NCBI GenBank assembly: GCA_016788965.1 | Contig: JAEUQZ010000001.1 | Location: 1 to 36,497 of the forward strand | DNA: 36,497 nt | Direction: 5' to 3' | Source: Anaerolineae bacterium | GTDB lineage: Bacteria; Chloroflexota; Anaerolineae; Aggregatilineales; Phototrophicaceae | Shown here: positions 17,277-26,269 of the stretch, piece by piece | How the letters are laid out: each line of letters starts with the position of its first letter | Position numbering within the stretch: the first letter of the stretch is position 1 | Made by a program: the position numbers and the translations under genes | The notes under the pieces: model-generated | Databases searched by the model: none | Seen by the model: only the letters and a program-made list of their open reading frames with translations | What the model was told of the DNA's origin: nothing

Positions 17277-17334
17277 TGTCCCTTCAGTGGACATGGTTTT
17301 TCGGCAGCCAGATCACTTGAGTGTCTGGCGGCGC
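17277..17334 (+). repeat. Dispersed palindrome+hairpin repeat, copy 1
   Basis: TGTCCCTTCAGTGGACATGGTTTTTCGGCAGCC...AGTGTCTGGCGGCGC, near-identical to 33696-33752. Confidence 0.9.
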
Positions 17335-17570
17335 TTTTGCAACTTTTCGCGGGATTTGCATTTGCGGTTTTTGCAGCATTTGCAGCATTTCTGGCAAATC
17401 GCTGCTTACATGCAAGGCCTTTGGCACACAATTGCCGTTCTGCCGCTGCTGCCATTGCCGCCATTTGTGCCAATTCGTCCGTCCGACACGGACGACATGA
17501 GCGACAAATCGAGCTACAGATTCTCAAGATTCTCGCATTCTCATTCTTATCATTCTTATCGAATTTCTCA
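17335..17570. repeat. Array of four different 9-bp-period motif modules
   Basis: Consecutive TTTGC, (T)GCC, CGACA and ATTCT modules, each with an inverted copy. Confidence 0.7.
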
Positions 17571-17639
17571 TCGCCGCCCCACACAGCATTCTGTATGCCT
17601 AAGAGCTATAAGCGACCAACTAATAGCTTCTTTCTTTCT

Positions 17640-17684
17640 CTATAAACTATAAACTATAAACTATCAACTATCAACTATAAACTA
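17640..17684 (+). repeat. Heptamer tandem repeat (CTATAAA/CTATCAA x6)
   Basis: Six units; the start of a seventh (CTA) is the kinase gene's TAG stop. Confidence 0.9.
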
Positions 17685-20600
17685 CAGCTTCCCCCCCGCC
17701 AGGATCGAATCCACCAGCGGAATCAGGTCCAGGCCCTTCCCCTCGGCCAGCAGTCCATCCACCTCACCCGCTTCGACCGACGGCTTGAGCGTCTCCAGGA
17801 TCGGCTCCACCAGCTTGCGCGTCCCCTCGAAGGCCGCCGGATGGTTCAGGATCAGCCCCAGCCAGCGCAGCGCCGTCCGCGGGTCCGTCTGGAAGGCCGC
17901 CAGCCCGGTCAGCCCCTCCAACAGCGTCGGCACGACCTCGATCTCCCGCGCCTGCTGCATCCCCTGGAGGTAGAACTCGACCGCCTGCTCCGCGTGATTC
18001 TGCGCGCGGGCCACGTTCCCCAGGTTCACCAGCGTCGAGCCGATGCCCCGCTTGTTCCCGATGGCGCGGGCCAGCGCCAGGCTCTCTTCATAGAAATGGG
18101 TCGCCCGTGGATAATCCGCCTGGAACTCGGCGATCACCCCCAGGTTATCCAACGCCAACGCCACCCCGCGCCGCTCACCGATGGTGCGGAAAATCGCCAG
18201 CGATTCCTCGAAGCGGCGGTTGGCCGAGTCGTAGTCGCGCAGTTCCCCCGCCGCGCTCCCCAGGTTGAGCAGCGCCGCGGCCGCTTTCCGGCGCTCGCCG
18301 CTCTCCTGGCACAGCGCCAGCGTTTCCTCGAAGTAGCGGGTCGCGTCCGCATAATTCCCCTGGGCGAAAGCCGCCATGCCCAGGTTGTTGATCGCGCTGG
18401 CGATCCGGCGGTGGTCGTCGATCTGACGGCTGAGCGCCAGCCCCTCGTCGCAGTACTGGATCGCCCCGGCGTAGTCCCCCTGATGGAAGCGCACCAGCCC
18501 CAGCCGGTCGAGCGCCTGGGCCGTGCCCGCTGCATCCGACAGCCCGCGAGAGAGGTTCAGCCCCTCTTCGCAGAGCTGCCACGCGCGGGGATAATCGCCC
18601 AGGTAGATCACCAGATCGCCGAGTTCCAGCAGCGCGGCGGCGATGCCCTCCGGCTGCCCCAGTGAGCGCCGCAGCGCCAGCGCCTCATCCAGATACGCCG
18701 CGGCCGTTTCGTACTCGCCCTGGTACTTGAGCGTCTCGCCGAGCTTCTGGAGCATCTCCGCCCGCAGCGGGGTATCCTGCGGATCGGCGCTGGCGTCCAG
18801 CAGTTCCAGCATCCGCCGGAAGGAGGTAACAGCTTCCCCAAACGCGCTCACATCCAGCGCGTGAGCGCCGGAGCGCTGCAAATACGCCCGCTCCTTGACC
18901 GCATCGCCCGCGCTGCGCCAGTGCTGGGCGATCACATAGGCCTGCTCCGGGCTGTCGGGATAAGCCGCTTCGATGGCTTCAGCCACCCGGCGGTGCAGTC
19001 CCGGACGCTGGTCGGCGGGGATCGTCTCGACGGCCGTCGTGCGGAGCTTATCATGGGAGAAGCGCCACTGCCCGCCCTGGACTTCCAGCACGGCGCAGTT
19101 CGCGCAGATAATCAGCCATTCGTCCAGGTTCTCGCTCCCCTTGAGCTGTTCCAGCACGTCCAGGTCGAGTTCGCGCCCGGCCAGCGCCGCCAGCCGCAGC
19201 AGTTCCAGCCCTTCCGGCGGAACCCGCGACAGCCGCCGTTCGACTACAGCCTGGATGCCCCCCGCCGTGACGAACTTCGGCAGCGAAATCCGCCCCACCC
19301 GGTCGAGCCGCCCGGCTTCTTCCGCCAGCACGCGGACGACCTCGACGATGAAGAACACATTGCCTTCGGACTCGCGCTGGAGAAACTCCTGAATCTGGTT
19401 CTGGCGGCCAGCCTCGCCCAGCATCGAGACGCTCAGCGTGGTGATGCTTTCGTGCGAGAGCCGTTCCAGCTTGAGGTGGTTCATGCCCGGCAGCTTCTGC
19501 GGCAAATCCGGGGCTTCATCGTCGCGGTAGCTGGCAACGATCACCAGCGCCAGATCGGGCGTCAGGCCGATCAGCGGCTTGAGGACATCCAGGCTTTCGC
19601 GCGTCCACTGGAGGTCTTCCAGCACCAGCAGGATCGGCCGCGGCTGCCGCTGGAACAGGCTGGCAATCGTCCCAACGAGACGCTGCTGGTGGGCCACGCC
19701 TTCAATATCGGCCACGGGCGGGATGGCGCGGTTCTGAAGCTCATCCATCTCCGGCACGATATCCTTGAGGATGCCCGCGTCCAGGTCGGAAAGCTCGGTT
19801 CCCAACGCCAGCCGCCGGACCGGTTCGCGCCAGAGTTGGTAGGCCAGCCCTCCATCGGCCACCGCCTGCCCGCGCAGCACCATGAATCCGCTGACCAGCG
19901 CCTGGATGCGGAGTTCTTCCAGCAGGCGGGTTTTGCCGATGCCGCTCTCCCCGCCGATCAGCCAGGCGCTGCCCTGCCGCTGCTCAGCCTGTTCCAGTGC
20001 GCCGGTAAGCTGGTGCAGTTCCCGCTCGCGCCCGACGAAGCGGGCCGCCCGCAGGTAGCTTTCGCGGATCGCCTGATTCTCGGTGGAAATGGGGAAGCGC
20101 GTCGCCTTGAGCAGATGGTCGATGACTGTCTCGGCGCTCTGGTAGCGTTCGACGGTATTCTTGGCGAGCAGGTTGCCCACGATGCTCGCCAGCGTGATCC
20201 CAGCCGCGGCCCAGCCACCTGCTGGCGTGGGCGGATCCGCGATGAACGGCGGAGTCACGTCGAGAGGCCGCGTCACGAAGGCTTCAGGTTCGAGGCGGAT
20301 CGTACTCGTGCCGACCTCAAGAGTTGGTGGCTCATCTTCCAATGGCGCAGCCAGATCGCTGATGTTTTCCAGTTCGGTCAGGTCAGGTTCCCGCGTCAGT
20401 GTATCGCTGAACAGCCGCCCGATGGTGGTCGTATCGAAGGGATGATGCCCCGTGAGCATCTCGTAGGCCATCACGCCGATGGCATACAGGTCGGCCGGTT
20501 CGCGGGCCGGTTCACCCAGCAGCACTTCCGGCGCGATATAGGCCGGTGTCCCCACCAGCACGTTATCGCCCACGCTGACGGTATCCTCAGCAATCGACAG

Positions 20601-21086
20601 GCCGAAGTCCAGCACCTTGACATAGCCCTCGACGACCAGCACGTTGCCGGGCTTGAGGTCGCGGTGAATGATGCCCCTCCGGTGCAGGTAGGCGATGGCC
20701 TGGAGAAGCTGCACCAGCAGGTTGATCCGGGTTTCCAGACTGGCTCCAGCGGCCGCATCCAGAATGGAACGCGCGTTGGAGAGAAAATCCATCGTGTAGA
20801 AAGGCTGGTTGCTGTCGAAACCGTAATCCAGCACACTGATGATGTTGGGGTGGCGCAGCGAGGCCAGGGTATGGAATTCCTGCGCCAGCGCCAGCCGCAG
20901 CCCTTCCGAGTCATCGGCGCGCGCCGGGGCGAGGACCTGCTCGTTGCTGACCTGCACCTGCTTGAGGGCTACCTGATCGCGCGTGAGACCGTCCAGCGCC
21001 CGAAAGACCTGACCCATCCCGCCTTCGCCCAGTTTCTCCACCAGCGCATAGCGGCCGTCTACGATCCGACCGAAGACCGATTCCAT
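17682..21086 (-). CDS. Ser/Thr protein kinase - AAA (STAND) ATPase - TPR protein
   Basis: 'LGEGGMGQV', 'VALK', 'HRDLKPGN', DFG, APE; 'FVGRERE', GESGIGKT, 'LVLEDLQW', 'GNVFF', 'FSHD'; about 8 TPRs. Confidence 0.95.
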   Translation of the reverse strand: MESVFGRIVDGRYALVEKLGEGGMGQVFRALDGLTRDQVALKQVQVSNEQVLAPARADDSEGLRLALAQEFHTLASLRHPNIISVLDYGFDSNQPFYTMDFLSNARSILDAAAGASLETRINLLVQLLQAIAYLHRRGIIHRDLKPGNVLVVEGYVKVLDFGLSIAEDTVSVGDNVLVGTPAYIAPEVLLGEPAREPADLYAIGVMAYEMLTGHHPFDTTTIGRLFSDTLTREPDLTELENISDLAAPLEDEPPTLEVGTSTIRLEPEAFVTRPLDVTPPFIADPPTPAGGWAAAGITLASIVGNLLAKNTVERYQSAETVIDHLLKATRFPISTENQAIRESYLRAARFVGRERELHQLTGALEQAEQRQGSAWLIGGESGIGKTRLLEELRIQALVSGFMVLRGQAVADGGLAYQLWREPVRRLALGTELSDLDAGILKDIVPEMDELQNRAIPPVADIEGVAHQQRLVGTIASLFQRQPRPILLVLEDLQWTRESLDVLKPLIGLTPDLALVIVASYRDDEAPDLPQKLPGMNHLKLERLSHESITTLSVSMLGEAGRQNQIQEFLQRESEGNVFFIVEVVRVLAEEAGRLDRVGRISLPKFVTAGGIQAVVERRLSRVPPEGLELLRLAALAGRELDLDVLEQLKGSENLDEWLIICANCAVLEVQGGQWRFSHDKLRTTAVETIPADQRPGLHRRVAEAIEAAYPDSPEQAYVIAQHWRSAGDAVKERAYLQRSGAHALDVSAFGEAVTSFRRMLELLDASADPQDTPLRAEMLQKLGETLKYQGEYETAAAYLDEALALRRSLGQPEGIAAALLELGDLVIYLGDYPRAWQLCEEGLNLSRGLSDAAGTAQALDRLGLVRFHQGDYAGAIQYCDEGLALSRQIDDHRRIASAINNLGMAAFAQGNYADATRYFEETLALCQESGERRKAAAALLNLGSAAGELRDYDSANRRFEESLAIFRTIGERRGVALALDNLGVIAEFQADYPRATHFYEESLALARAIGNKRGIGSTLVNLGNVARAQNHAEQAVEFYLQGMQQAREIEVVPTLLEGLTGLAAFQTDPRTALRWLGLILNHPAAFEGTRKLVEPILETLKPSVEAGEVDGLLAEGKGLDLIPLVDSILAGGKL

Positions 21087-21234
21087 CGCGGTTGCCCTTC
21101 ACCCAGAACTGCACTTCACTTCCGCTACCATGTTAGCGCGAATGAAGGCTTAGCGACAATCTGGCCGAGAGTCCAGTTCGCTTAGAGACCGCCATCCTCA
21201 GCAGTTTCAAGGGCGATGCAGGCGGCCAGAAAAG

Positions 21235-21274
21235 TCCCCTCTCCACGTAGTGGGGAGGGGATTTAGGGGTGGGG
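21235..21274 (+). repeat. CCCCTCTCC-type palindromic repeat
   Basis: TCCCCTCTCCAC-gtag-TGGGGAGGGGA followed by TTTAGGGGTGGGG. Confidence 0.6.
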
Positions 21275-21293
21275 ATGGCTTTCAAATGGCTTC

Positions 21294-23066
21294 TTACAGC
21301 GTAAAGGTGAACGTCGCCCCCTCGTCAGGCTGGCTGTGCGCCTCTATTGTCCCCCCGTGACGGTTGACGATCCGCCGCACCGTCGCCAGCCCGATGCCTG
21401 TGCCCTCGAAGTCGCTGGCGCTGTGCAGACGTTGGAAAGCGCCGAACAACTTCTGCGCGTAGGCTGGATCGAAACCCACCCCATCATCGATGACGCTGTA
21501 ATACCGCCGCCCCTCGCGCTCTTCGCAGCAGAAAGCAATGTGAGCGCCGGTTTTCTTGCTGGTGAACTTCCAGGCATTGCCGAGCAGGTTGTTGAGCAGA
21601 ATCCGCAGCAGCCCCGCGTCGCCATGCGCCATGACATTCGGCTGAATCTCCCATTCCACCTGCCTTTCAGGATTCGTGCCCTGGAGTTCGGCGGCAATCT
21701 CTTCGGCCATCGCGCTCAGATCGACCTGCTCCAAATGAATCTCGCGGCGCGTCACGCGCGAAAGCTGCAAGAGATCGTCGATCAGCCGGCTCATGCGCTG
21801 CGTCCCGGAGCGCACCCGGTGGAGATAGTCCTGCCCGGTAGCATCGACCTGCGAACCGTAGTCTTCCAAGAAGGCTTGGCTGAAGCCGTCGATAGCCCGC
21901 AGCGGCGCCCGCAGGTCATGCGAGACGGAATAGGCAAACGCTTCCAGTTCGGCATTGGCGGCCTGAAGCTGTTGGGTGCGCTGGCTCACCCGCTGTTCAA
22001 GTTCGGCGTTCAACCGTTCCAATTCCTCTTCTTCCCGTTTGCGTTCGCTGATGTCGCGCGTGATCCCGACCAGACCGATCACCTTACCGCTCTCGTCATG
22101 CAGCGGAATCTTTGAAGACTGAATCCAGTGTTCATGTCCCCTACCGTCCTGTATTCGGCGTTCTGCGTCGAGCAAGGGGGTTTCCGAGTGAATCACCAGC
22201 ATGTCATCGTCGAAGATTTGCTGACCATAGGGTTCATCGAAGACCTCCAACGAGGTCTTGCCAACGATTTCGTCCGGGGATATACGCACCCCAAACAAGC
22301 GGGCGCTGGCCGAGCTGCTCATGGTGTAACGCCCTTCAGCATCTTTCGAGAAGATGTAGTCAGGCACATGTTCGATGATCGTCTGGAGCAGATTACGCTC
22401 GACGGATAATGCTTTTTCTGCCCGCTGGCGTTCCTGGATTTCCCGCTCCAGTTCGATGTTGGCGGCCTCAACCTGGGATAACCGTGCCCTCAATTCGGCT
22501 TGCCTGTCCTTTTCCAGCGCATCTCGATGGCGGATGTAGAGAAGCAGCGATCCGCAGAAAGCTCCCATGACCCAGAACTGGGGACTGTCGAAAACCAACA
22601 TAGGATTGAGAAACGGGACCACGAAGTGACAGACCATCGCAAAAAGACAAAGCAGTACCGTCTCCCACCATGTGAGTAAGATGCCGCTCAACATCAGGGG
22701 TATGATTATCGAATACAGATAGCTGTAGCTGCTGCCTGGAAGCAGCACCGTCAAAAATAAGCCAAACGTAGTGACAGCCACCACCACCCGTGGAATCAGC
22801 ACGTACCAGCCGGGGCGTCCACTAACTGTGTAGCCTATGGCAACTAACAGCATATAGGGGATTTGCCAGGGTTCCAGGTATCCTGCCAGGATAATGGCGG
22901 TGCAGATCAAAATGAATATCAACATGATTGATGTCAGCAGCCGCACCTTACGCCGATCCTCGACATTCTGGATGGATCGATGCGGCTCGGTCAGCCGCTG
23001 CCAGAGGTGGACTGCCCAGGTACATGCCGGTCGGCAGAAGTCCAGAACGTGTATGAGTCGTTTCAT
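21294..23066 (-). CDS. Membrane-bound PAS sensor histidine kinase
   Basis: Multi-TM N-terminus, PAS/PAC, H-box [10 protein letters not shown]-box [20 protein letters not shown] 23066 fits the paralog's length; TTG 23105 is an alternative start. Confidence 0.92.
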   Translation of the reverse strand: MKRLIHVLDFCRPACTWAVHLWQRLTEPHRSIQNVEDRRKVRLLTSIMLIFILICTAIILAGYLEPWQIPYMLLVAIGYTVSGRPGWYVLIPRVVVAVTTFGLFLTVLLPGSSYSYLYSIIIPLMLSGILLTWWETVLLCLFAMVCHFVVPFLNPMLVFDSPQFWVMGAFCGSLLLYIRHRDALEKDRQAELRARLSQVEAANIELEREIQERQRAEKALSVERNLLQTIIEHVPDYIFSKDAEGRYTMSSSASARLFGVRISPDEIVGKTSLEVFDEPYGQQIFDDDMLVIHSETPLLDAERRIQDGRGHEHWIQSSKIPLHDESGKVIGLVGITRDISERKREEEELERLNAELEQRVSQRTQQLQAANAELEAFAYSVSHDLRAPLRAIDGFSQAFLEDYGSQVDATGQDYLHRVRSGTQRMSRLIDDLLQLSRVTRREIHLEQVDLSAMAEEIAAELQGTNPERQVEWEIQPNVMAHGDAGLLRILLNNLLGNAWKFTSKKTGAHIAFCCEEREGRRYYSVIDDGVGFDPAYAQKLFGAFQRLHSASDFEGTGIGLATVRRIVNRHGGTIEAHSQPDEGATFTFTL

Positions 23067-23101
23067 GGGTAAATCACTTCCAGGTCGTGTCTGACTATCG
23101 C

Positions 23102-25348
23102 TCAAAATGTGAAGGTAAACACCGCGCCCTGATCGGGTTGACTGTGGGCCTCAATCGTCCCGCCGTGCCGCATGATGATCCGCCGCGCGGTCGCCAACCC
23201 GATGCCCGTGCCCTCAAAATCATGCGGGCTGTGCAGGCGTTGAAAGGCGGTGAAGAGTTTCTGTGCATAAGCCGGGTCGAAGCCAACCCCATCGTCAGCG
23301 ATGCTGTAGCGCCGCTGACCATCCTGCTCTTCGCAGTGGAAGGCGATACGTGCGTAAGGCTTCTTGCCGGTGAACTTCCAGGCATTGCTCAGCAGGTTGT
23401 TGAGCAGAATCCGCAGCAAGCCAGCATCGCCTTCGGCCATTATGCCCGGCTGAATATCCCAACGCACCTGCCGTTCGGGATTCGCGCCCTGGAGTTCGGC
23501 GGCGATCTCCTGGGCTATCGCGCTCAGATCGACCGGTTCGACGTGAATCTCGCGCCGGGTCACGCGCGAAAGCTGGAGCAGGTCATCGATCAGCCGTCCC
23601 ATCCGCTGGGTTGCCATGCGCTGGCGGTGGAGATACTCCTGCCCGGTCGCATCCAGTTGGATTCCGTAGTCGTCTAAGAGAATCTGGCTGAAGCCGTTGA
23701 TGGCCCGGAGCGGCGCCCGCAGATCATGGGAGACCGAATGTGCGAAGGCTTCCAGTTCGGCGTTCATGGCTTCAAGCTGCTGCGTGCGCTCGATCACCCG
23801 CTCTTCGAGTTCCTCGTTCAGCCGCCGGATTTCCTCCTCGGCATTCTTTTGAGCAGTCATGTCGCTGACAACGCCCAGCACGCCGATGATCTCATCCTGG
23901 CTGTTGACCAGCGGTACTTTGGTGACGAAACGATAGACATGCTGTCCTTCAAGAACCAGGTCTTCTTCATAGTGAAGAATCGGCGATTGACCACTCAGGA
24001 CGAGATGATCTTCCTCGGCATATCGCCGCATATCGAGCGTACTCGGAACCAGATCGGAGTCGTGCTTGCCGATCACGTCGTCGGGCGAAGCCATTCCCAG
24101 AAGCTCGGCAAACATGCGGTTGCAGCCTTGAAAGATCGACTGCTGATCTTTCCAGAAGACATATTCGGGAATCGAGTCCAGCACCAGCCGCAGCATTGAG
24201 CGCGAACGAGCAACCTCTTCTTCCGCGCGTTTGCGCTCGGTGACATCGCGCGAGATTCCCACCAGACCGGTGACCTGCCCCTGTTCGTCCTGTAGGGGAA
24301 TCTTCGAGGTCCAGACCCACTGCGGATTGCCCTCGGCGTCGCGGGTCAGCCGCTCGACATTGATCATCGGAACTCCCGAACGGATCACCTGCATGTCGTC
24401 TTCATAGAACTGCCGTCCAAAAGGTTCCGGGAATGCCTCTAACGAAGTCTTGCCGATGAAGACAGTCGGCGGCGCATCCCGCCCGAAGGTGCTGCCGTGG
24501 GCCGAGTTGCTCATGGTGAAGCGGCCCTCGGCATCTTTCGAGAAGATGTAGTCGGGCACATTCTCGATGATCGTCTGGAGTAGATTGCGCTCTGCCGCCA
24601 GCTTCTGCTCGGTTTGCTTGCGCTCCTCGATTTCCTTCTCCAACTCCGCGACATACACCGGCATACTCTCGAACATCTGCTCCAGCAGCGCGTGTTCGAC
24701 GACCATCTTCTCTTCGATAGCTTTGCGTTCCTGGATTTCCCGTTCCAGGTCGGCATTGGCCGCCTCCAACTGAGTCTGGCGGGCGCGCAGTTCCCCCTGC
24801 CGATCCCCTTCGACTGCATCCCGGTGGCGGATATAGATCATCAGCAGCGCGGCAAAAGCAGCCATAAGCAAGAACTGAGAGCCGTCAAATACCGTCATTG
24901 GATAAACGGTGTGGACGATGAAGTAAGCCACCAAAGCATACAAACAGAATAGCAGCGTGGTGCGCTGACTGAGTAAGATCGCGCTCAGGATCAGCGGCAT
25001 AATCATAGCAAACAGGAATCCAGCATTCTGGTCAGATAGCGCGATCACCAGAATACCAACTGCTGCCAGACCGGTGATGAACCAGGCCACCTGGCGGTGA
25101 TAGCGCGTTCGACTGACGACATAGGCCGGGAATGTCAGCGCGAACAATTCGATTGACGGAGAACGCATGATACCTGTCCCCAGAACCACCAGCCCATCCA
25201 GGATCAACACCAGGATCAACGCGGACAGCAGCCGCGCCCGGCGGCGCTCCTCGTGGCTCAGAATAGAGGGATGCGGTTCGGTCAAACGCTGCCAGAGGCG
25301 GATAACCCCCGCCGCCGCCGACTGCACCGAGGAAGTGAGTTGCTGCAT
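23102..25348 (-). CDS. Membrane-bound sensor histidine kinase with two PAS domains
   Basis: Same architecture and boxes as the downstream paralog, plus a second PAS domain. Confidence 0.93.
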   Translation of the reverse strand: MQQLTSSVQSAAAGVIRLWQRLTEPHPSILSHEERRRARLLSALILVLILDGLVVLGTGIMRSPSIELFALTFPAYVVSRTRYHRQVAWFITGLAAVGILVIALSDQNAGFLFAMIMPLILSAILLSQRTTLLFCLYALVAYFIVHTVYPMTVFDGSQFLLMAAFAALLMIYIRHRDAVEGDRQGELRARQTQLEAANADLEREIQERKAIEEKMVVEHALLEQMFESMPVYVAELEKEIEERKQTEQKLAAERNLLQTIIENVPDYIFSKDAEGRFTMSNSAHGSTFGRDAPPTVFIGKTSLEAFPEPFGRQFYEDDMQVIRSGVPMINVERLTRDAEGNPQWVWTSKIPLQDEQGQVTGLVGISRDVTERKRAEEEVARSRSMLRLVLDSIPEYVFWKDQQSIFQGCNRMFAELLGMASPDDVIGKHDSDLVPSTLDMRRYAEEDHLVLSGQSPILHYEEDLVLEGQHVYRFVTKVPLVNSQDEIIGVLGVVSDMTAQKNAEEEIRRLNEELEERVIERTQQLEAMNAELEAFAHSVSHDLRAPLRAINGFSQILLDDYGIQLDATGQEYLHRQRMATQRMGRLIDDLLQLSRVTRREIHVEPVDLSAIAQEIAAELQGANPERQVRWDIQPGIMAEGDAGLLRILLNNLLSNAWKFTGKKPYARIAFHCEEQDGQRRYSIADDGVGFDPAYAQKLFTAFQRLHSPHDFEGTGIGLATARRIIMRHGGTIEAHSQPDQGAVFTFTF

Positions 25349-25429
25349 CGTATCATCGCTTTCCAGTCGCGGAAATAATGATCGTTATCTGGATTTTAAC
25401 GCAGTTATGGAGAGGCTGACTCTTGAGCT

Positions 25430-26269
25430 TCAGTGCTGGAGCGCGAAACAGCGCCCCACCGTATCCGCGCGGAAGGTCTCGACCGCGCCCGTATCGGCCA
25501 GCGTGACATAGACGGTCCGCCCATCCACGCCGCCGAAGGTGAGGTTGGTGCAGTTCTTCCCGCCGAGCGCGATCTCCCGCCGGAGCCTGCCATCCAATCC
25601 CAGCACGGCGATAGTTCCCTTGCCGAAGCGGGTGACGTACAGGCTGCCGTCCATCCCGCAGCGCATCCCGTCCAGCAAATGATCGGGGAATTCGATCAGC
25701 AGCCGCTTGTGCTGGATCGAGCCGTCCGCCGCCAGATCATACGCCCAGATGCGCCGCTGGATGCTCTCATTGACCAGCAGTGTGCGCTCATCCGGCGTGA
25801 TCTCGATGCCGTTGGTCGTGCCCATGCCATCTTCCAGGAGTACCGTCCGCCCATCCGCTTCGATGCGCCAGAGCTGGCCGGTCTGTTCCGCCCAGTTGGG
25901 ATCGCTGGCGAAGAGCATCCCATCCGAGCGGATCGCCAGATCGTTGGGTTGGTTCATGCGCGGCTCGTGGGCGTGGACGCGAATCTCGCACGTCTTCAGA
26001 TCGACGGCCAGAACATGGTGTCCGGTGTAATCGGCGACGTAGAGGGTCTGCTTCGGCGCAGCCCGCATCCCGCAGCCCACGCAGCCCGGTGGCAGAGTCA
26101 CGAATAACTCGTGCTGTCCATCAGGCGCGACCCGCCCGATAGTTCCCTTACGAGCGTAATCGACCGCATAGAACCAGCCGTCGGCGTCCACCGTCGCCCC
26201 TTCGATGCCTTCGGTGAAGGTCTGCGGCGGGGTCAACAGGCGCGACGTGAAGAGGTCAGAGTCGGTCAT
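25430..26269 (-). CDS. SMP-30/gluconolactonase/LRE family protein
   Basis: 'IEG', 'QPNDL', 'TNGIEITPD', 'DGMR', 'TNLTFGG' beta-propeller motifs. Confidence 0.92.
   Translation of the reverse strand: MTDSDLFTSRLLTPPQTFTEGIEGATVDADGWFYAVDYARKGTIGRVAPDGQHELFVTLPPGCVGCGMRAAPKQTLYVADYTGHHVLAVDLKTCEIRVHAHEPRMNQPNDLAIRSDGMLFASDPNWAEQTGQLWRIEADGRTVLLEDGMGTTNGIEITPDERTLLVNESIQRRIWAYDLAADGSIQHKRLLIEFPDHLLDGMRCGMDGSLYVTRFGKGTIAVLGLDGRLRREIALGGKNCTNLTFGGVDGRTVYVTLADTGAVETFRADTVGRCFALQH

Noticed and set aside
17277-17570. Possible CRISPR or TIGR-like array
   Set aside because: No constant repeat at regular spacing and no cas or tas gene in the window.
17099-17652. Three overlapping ORFs (161, 127 and 102 aa) across the module array
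   Set aside because: Low-complexity translations of 9-bp-period repeats, with non-ATG starts and no clear RBS. Not called as genes, but not strictly excluded.
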